The position numbers were made by a program, and so were the translations under genes. This document shows positions 59,577-64,000 of a DNA stretch of 64,000 nt, one piece after another (within the stretch, counting starts at the first letter, position 1; every line of letters begins with the position of its first letter). Origin of the DNA: Desulfitobacteriaceae bacterium (GTDB lineage: Bacteria > Bacillota > Dehalobacteriia > Dehalobacteriales > Dehalobacteriaceae); contig JAQVXR010000001.1 in NCBI GenBank assembly GCA_028709045.1, positions 31,221 to 95,220 of the forward strand. Reading direction: 5' to 3'. The notes under the pieces were generated by a model. The model worked only from the letters and a program-made list of their open reading frames with translations. It was not told the origin of the DNA and searched no databases.

Positions 59577-59723
59577 TACTATTCGGAAAATAAGTTTATA
59601 TAGGGCGATAGGATAAGTGCAACTAAGGCTTCCCCTAAAGGACTGGAATTCGATTATAAAAAACACAATGCTAGAAATTCTAGCGCGCCTGCGACTAAGA
59701 CTTGGTGCAAGCCAAGTTTTTTT
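59577..59723 (+). repeat. Intergenic repeat family, copy E (long form, intact 3' hairpin)
   Basis: tactattcgg..ataagtttatatagg..gcgatagga..taagtgcaactaaggcttc + 55-nt insert (59633-59687) + cctgcgactaag + acttgg-tgcaag-ccaagt and a T-run. Confidence 0.75.
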
Positions 59724-59811
59724 ATTTTCTAAGGCATTATGATATAATTGGAAAAAGATTAGGCTCGTTAAATAGTAATTTATATTTGGTGAAATACTGG
59801 AGGCGGAAAAA

Positions 59812-61218
59812 GTGGAGTTTAAAAGCGACCTTAAAGGGCTTATTACTCTTCAGGAAGCAATGAAATTGTCTAGGGAAGAGAACCGGAAAAACCATCGGCG
59901 CTATGTAAACCCTGAACTGGTAAACATGATGGGCCTTTTAAATTTTGACAAATGTTTTGTTCAGGCAAAAGATTGCCAAGTTTGGGATACCGATGGCAAT
60001 GTATATCTGGATTTCCTGGGGGGATACGGGGCTTTAAATTTAGGGCATAATCACCCGGAGGTGGCGACGGCTGTCGAGAAAGTGAAGGATTATCCTAATC
60101 TTCTTCAAGCTTCCCTCAACCCGTTGGCCGGAGCCTTGGCAAAGAACCTTTCCTTGCTTGCTCCTGCGGATTTACAGTATTCTTTTTTTGGCAACAGCGG
60201 GGCGGAAGCGGTGGAAGGGGCTTTAAAGCTTGCTCGGGCCGCTTCGGGACGGGAAAAGATTGTTTCCTGTGAAGGCTCATTTCACGGAAAATCCTTTGGC
60301 GCTCTGTCCGTAACGGGCCGGGAGAAATATCGGAAGCCGTTTATGCCTCTTCTTCCTGTGGTGCGGTTTGTTCCTTACGGAGATGTGGAAAAGGCTGAGC
60401 AAGCCCTAGCTGATGGGGACGTAGCCGCTTTAATTGTGGAACCGGTTCAGGGAGAGGGTGGAATTATTATCCCCCCGGAGGGGTACCTGCAACGTCTCAG
60501 GGAGATTTGCAGCCGATATGGTACCTATTTAATTATTGATGAAATTCAAACCGGTTTTGGTCGCACCGGCCGTATGTTTGCCTGCGAATATGAAGATGTG
60601 TCTCCCGATATTATGTGTGTGGCAAAGTCTTTCGGAGGAGGGGTCATGCCTCTTGCTGCATATATTGCGTCAGAAAGCGTTTGGAAAAAAGCTTATGGAA
60701 GTGTTGATAAGGCCACCTTGCATACTTCTACTTTCGGGGGAAACAGCCGTGCGGCAGCTGCCGGAATTGCTACCATGGAGGTTATCTGCCGGGAAAATAT
60801 TCCTCTCCAAGCCAGAGAAAAGGGAAAGTATCTAATGGAGAAGTTAAAAGACTTTCAGAAAAAATATTCTTTTGTGCGGGAAGTCCGGGGCAAAGGATTG
60901 ATGATTGGCATTGAATTTAGCCAACCTGAAAAAGGTTTTTTAAGTTACCTGACAAGGGGCGCTGTGGAAAAAGTAGCGGCCGAATATACGGGATCATTGG
61001 TAGCAGGCGAATTGCTTAACAAATATCGGATCATTACAGCTTATACGCTGAACAATCCTAACGTTATTCGTCTGGAGCCGCCCTTAACGGTTTCTTACGA
61101 GCAGCTTGACATTTTGGTGGATGCCCTAAACCGGATCTGTCGTAAACATAAGAGCTTTTCCAGCATGGCGATTTCCAGTGCGAAAACCGTTTTGGGTTCA
61201 ATGCTTAAAAATAAATAA
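59812..61218 (+). CDS. Class III (omega) aminotransferase
   Basis: DEIQTGFGRTG and a PLP-lysine region (AKSFGGG); acetylornithine/putrescine aminotransferase-like. GTG behind GGAGGCGG. Confidence 0.85.
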   Translation: MEFKSDLKGLITLQEAMKLSREENRKNHRRYVNPELVNMMGLLNFDKCFVQAKDCQVWDTDGNVYLDFLGGYGALNLGHNHPEVATAVEKVKDYPNLLQASLNPLAGALAKNLSLLAPADLQYSFFGNSGAEAVEGALKLARAASGREKIVSCEGSFHGKSFGALSVTGREKYRKPFMPLLPVVRFVPYGDVEKAEQALADGDVAALIVEPVQGEGGIIIPPEGYLQRLREICSRYGTYLIIDEIQTGFGRTGRMFACEYEDVSPDIMCVAKSFGGGVMPLAAYIASESVWKKAYGSVDKATLHTSTFGGNSRAAAAGIATMEVICRENIPLQAREKGKYLMEKLKDFQKKYSFVREVRGKGLMIGIEFSQPEKGFLSYLTRGAVEKVAAEYTGSLVAGELLNKYRIITAYTLNNPNVIRLEPPLTVSYEQLDILVDALNRICRKHKSFSSMAISSAKTVLGSMLKNK

Positions 61219-61328
61219 ATAAATGTCATGTCGTAGCGACAATTTAAGACACCCCTTTTAGTTAGGTCAAACAAAATACTCCATAAAAAGCACAACTGTT
61301 ATGTTACCATATAAAGGGGTGAGCCGTA

Positions 61329-62483
61329 ATGAAAAGAATGTTTTTTTCCCTGGCTTTGGTTCCCGCGTTTCTATGGAGCATGTTTGCTACTGTTGTTTTA
61401 GCGGAGGATAGGCCGAAACGGCCTCAGGACGTAATTTGGATGGGAACGGAGGCTGTTTTACACCGTGAGGTAAACGGGGACTGTCTTATTATGTCCGGTA
61501 ATATAGACACAGGTGGAACTACCGGAGGGGACAGGCTTCTTCTTGGCCGAGAAGTAAATTTGGCAGGGGTAACCGGGCAAGATGCTCGCCTGGCAGGTGT
61601 TGTCCTAAACGTTCCCGGAGTGGTCAAGGGTAATGTTTCCGCAATTGGGCAAAGAATAAATATTGACAGGGATGCTTACTTAAACGGAAATTTGCATTGT
61701 ACAGGAGCGTATGTTGACATAAAGGGGCACATCGAGGGTAATGTGCAGGTACTGGGCGGAACGGTTGTTATTAGCGGGGATATCGGCGGGGACGTTGTGG
61801 TTGAGGGTGCTCGGGTGGGATTGAACCCGGGCGCGCGCATAAGAGGAAGCTTGAACTATTATTCTCCCCACGAGTTGGTCGTACCTCAAGGGGTAGAAAT
61901 AACAGGGGAAACTAAACGCTATAAACCTCATTTCTTTACCAGAATTGCCGAGATAATTCAGTACGGTTATTGGGGGATCAGCTTTTTTGTGATTAAACGA
62001 ATTCTGGGATTTGTCTCTTTGCTGTTTGTCGGATTGTTTATGTTGAAATGTTTTCCCGTTTTTTCCGGAGCGGCGGCCGGACATATTGCCGGCGGGATAA
62101 AGCAAGCTACCCTCTGGGGGATTTTATTACTAATCCTGGCGCCTCTTCTTTCCCTTATTTTTATCGTTTCGGTAATCGGCGCGCCATTAGGCATTATTTT
62201 TCTGACCGGGCTTGCTCTCTTGATATTAATCAGTAAGGTAACAGTTTCTCTTTGGCTGGGGCAGTCTTTAACCCGGGGCTGGGACGAGCACCGGACGGTT
62301 CCTTTCATTATGGGAGCTGTAATCATTTCTTTATTAACAGCTTTTCCGGTTATCGGACCTGTATTTTGGCTGGTGACAGCGGCAATGGGGATCGGTGGGA
62401 TTTTCTTTGCCTATCGAAGCGGTGTTCACTTACCGATAAATAAAGAAAACATTTCCGAGCAAACAAATTTATTAAAGAGTTAA
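61329..62483 (+). CDS. Membrane protein: signal peptide + bactofilin-like beta-helical repeats + polytopic C-terminal domain
   Basis: Repeated G(D/N)(V/I)...G segments (GNVSAIG, GNLHCTG, GNVQVLGG, GDIGGDVVVEG), then about five TM segments. Confidence 0.6.
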   Translation: MKRMFFSLALVPAFLWSMFATVVLAEDRPKRPQDVIWMGTEAVLHREVNGDCLIMSGNIDTGGTTGGDRLLLGREVNLAGVTGQDARLAGVVLNVPGVVKGNVSAIGQRINIDRDAYLNGNLHCTGAYVDIKGHIEGNVQVLGGTVVISGDIGGDVVVEGARVGLNPGARIRGSLNYYSPHELVVPQGVEITGETKRYKPHFFTRIAEIIQYGYWGISFFVIKRILGFVSLLFVGLFMLKCFPVFSGAAAGHIAGGIKQATLWGILLLILAPLLSLIFIVSVIGAPLGIIFLTGLALLILISKVTVSLWLGQSLTRGWDEHRTVPFIMGAVIISLLTAFPVIGPVFWLVTAAMGIGGIFFAYRSGVHLPINKENISEQTNLLKS

Positions 62484-62552
62484 GTGCCGGGTAAAATGAA
62501 ATAAAAAAACGAATAATTACAAACAAAATTAAATAAATATTCGGCTTTTTGA

Positions 62553-62581
62553 TTGACTTTTTCTGGTTGCTTTGATAGAAT
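62553..62581 (+). promoter_or_regulatory. Near-consensus sigma-A promoter
   Basis: TTGACT (62553-58), exactly 17-nt spacer, TAGAAT (62576-81); about 125-nt leader to the next CDS. Confidence 0.6.
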
Positions 62582-62711
62582 GAGATTGTGATAAATTATG
62601 AAGAGAATTTTTGTATTTTGAGGACACCTTAATAGGGCATCATTCCCCTATTGAGGTAATTTTTGTGCCTAAAACTGGTCACAATAGCCTTAAGAGTCAG
62701 GGAGATGAATA

Positions 62712-64000
62712 ATGAAGCATAAATACGATGTTGTGATTGTGGGCGCAGGCCCGGCGGGAATATTTACTTCAATTGAATTAGCACGCAAGAACCCGGGGAT
62801 TAGAACATTGCTTATTGACAAGGGACGAACTCTGGAACAGAGGAATTGTCCTGCCAGGCTTAAGGGCGTTTGTTGTAACTGTGATCCTTGCGCCATAACC
62901 AGCGGCTGGTCGGGAGCCGGGGCTTTCAGTGATGGGAAGTTGTCTCTTTCTCCTGGAGTAGGCGGAAGAATTACCGATTATATGTGTCGGGAGGAAGCTC
63001 AAGAAATCATTAATTATGCGGACAGTATTTACTTGGAATTTGGAGCAAGAGAAGAAGTGCACGGCTTGGATGAACGGCGTGTGGAAGATATTATGTATGA
63101 GGCTTCCAAGCACAGTATTCAGCTGGTTCCCTGCCCGGTAAGACATTTAGGTACGGAACTGGCCTTTGAAGTGCTCAAGGCCATGTACGATTACCTTATT
63201 AACAAGACAAAAACCGAATTTATGGAAATGACGAAAGCGCTGGATATCCTCGTGGAAAACGACCGGGTACGGGGGGTGCTGGTAGAACCGAAAGGAAAAG
63301 AACCTTTTGAAATTGAGGCCGATTTTGTGGTGGCCGCTCCCGGGCGGGGAGGGGCTGAATGGTTGTCTAAGCAGACCAAGCGTTTAAATATAAAAACTCA
63401 TAACAATGAAGTGGATATCGGAGTTCGGGTAGAAGTGCCAAACTCGATCATGGATCATCTCACCCGTGATCTTTATGAAGCAAAACTTGTGTATTATTCG
63501 GATACTTTTGATAACAGGGTTAGATCATTTTGTGTAAATCCCGGAGGCGTGGTCTCTGAAGAGCATTATGACGGAAAAATTGCAGTTGTTAACGGTCACA
63601 GCTATGGCAATCCAAAATTGAAAACAAATAACACAAATTTTGCCCTCCTTGTTTCCACCAGATTTACCGAACCCTTTAATGAACCCATCGAATATGGAAA
63701 ATATGTTGCCCGTTTGGCTAATATGCTAACCGGGGGCGGGGTGATGGTGCAGCGCTTGGGAGATGTCATCAAAGGGCGGCGGACAGATGTAGATAGATTA
63801 AAGAAGTCGACCACCATTCCTACGTTAAAAAGTGCTGTTCCCGGGGATTTGAGCTACGTGCTTCCTGCCCGGTACCTTACTTCGATTATTGAGACACTAA
63901 AGGCGTTTAATAATATTGCCCCGGGGCTATATGCAAAAAACACCCTGCTATATGGGGCGGAGGTAAAGTTTTATTCTTCTAAAGTCAAAGTTGGCAAAAA
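62712..64000 (+). CDS. FAD-dependent oxidoreductase (COG2509-like), 3' end outside window
   Basis: Not in the track because it is open at the window end. ATG 62712 behind GGGAG; my translation starts MKHKYDVVIVGAGPAGIFTSIELAR...CPARLKGVCCNCDPC; the frame stays open to 64000. Confidence 0.8.
   Translation, partial: MKHKYDVVIVGAGPAGIFTSIELARKNPGIRTLLIDKGRTLEQRNCPARLKGVCCNCDPCAITSGWSGAGAFSDGKLSLSPGVGGRITDYMCREEAQEIINYADSIYLEFGAREEVHGLDERRVEDIMYEASKHSIQLVPCPVRHLGTELAFEVLKAMYDYLINKTKTEFMEMTKALDILVENDRVRGVLVEPKGKEPFEIEADFVVAAPGRGGAEWLSKQTKRLNIKTHNNEVDIGVRVEVPNSIMDHLTRDLYEAKLVYYSDTFDNRVRSFCVNPGGVVSEEHYDGKIAVVNGHSYGNPKLKTNNTNFALLVSTRFTEPFNEPIEYGKYVARLANMLTGGGVMVQRLGDVIKGRRTDVDRLKKSTTIPTLKSAVPGDLSYVLPARYLTSIIETLKAFNNIAPGLYAKNTLLYGAEVKFYSSKVKVGK

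Overview
Chromosomal window from a spore-forming, anaerobic Firmicute (Clostridia/Peptococcaceae-like by gene content; I cannot name the taxon from sequence alone). It is mostly core metabolism and the conserved origin-proximal block ychF, DUF951, rpsF-ssb-rpsR, yybS-like, gdpP, rplI, Lon-family protease, dnaB, ilvC. Other recognisable loci are panB-panE, ilvB-ilvN, a BMP-type nucleoside ABC transporter operon ending in xpt, acsA divergent from acuABC (as in Bacillus subtilis), a tandem glycine riboswitch before an alanine/glycine:cation symporter, nhaA, and selD. I saw no transposase, integrase, phage genes, CRISPR array, rRNA or tRNA. Things an ORF track would miss: (1) five same-orientation copies of an intergenic element of about 90-150 nt that I cannot assign to a known family. 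It has a 5' hairpin with compensatory changes between copies, an optional nested 55-61 nt hairpin module, and a 3' terminator-like hairpin. Three copies sit directly against the T-tract of an upstream gene's terminator, and one sits inside a riboswitch-controlled leader. (2) selD is a selenoprotein gene whose real start lies 96 nt upstream of the track ORF, across an in-frame TGA followed by a SECIS-like hairpin. (3) A protein whose core is about 40% Met is built from ~51-bp tandem repeats. (4) A 56-aa zinc-ribbon CDS with a strong RBS falls below the track cutoff. (5) Several conserved clusters have unknown function: a BcrAD/BadFG-type ATPase with two DUF2229-like paralogs, a MoxR-VWA pair, and a TGS-kinase fusion. 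The repeat family is my best candidate for something undescribed, but its novelty cannot be established without database searches.
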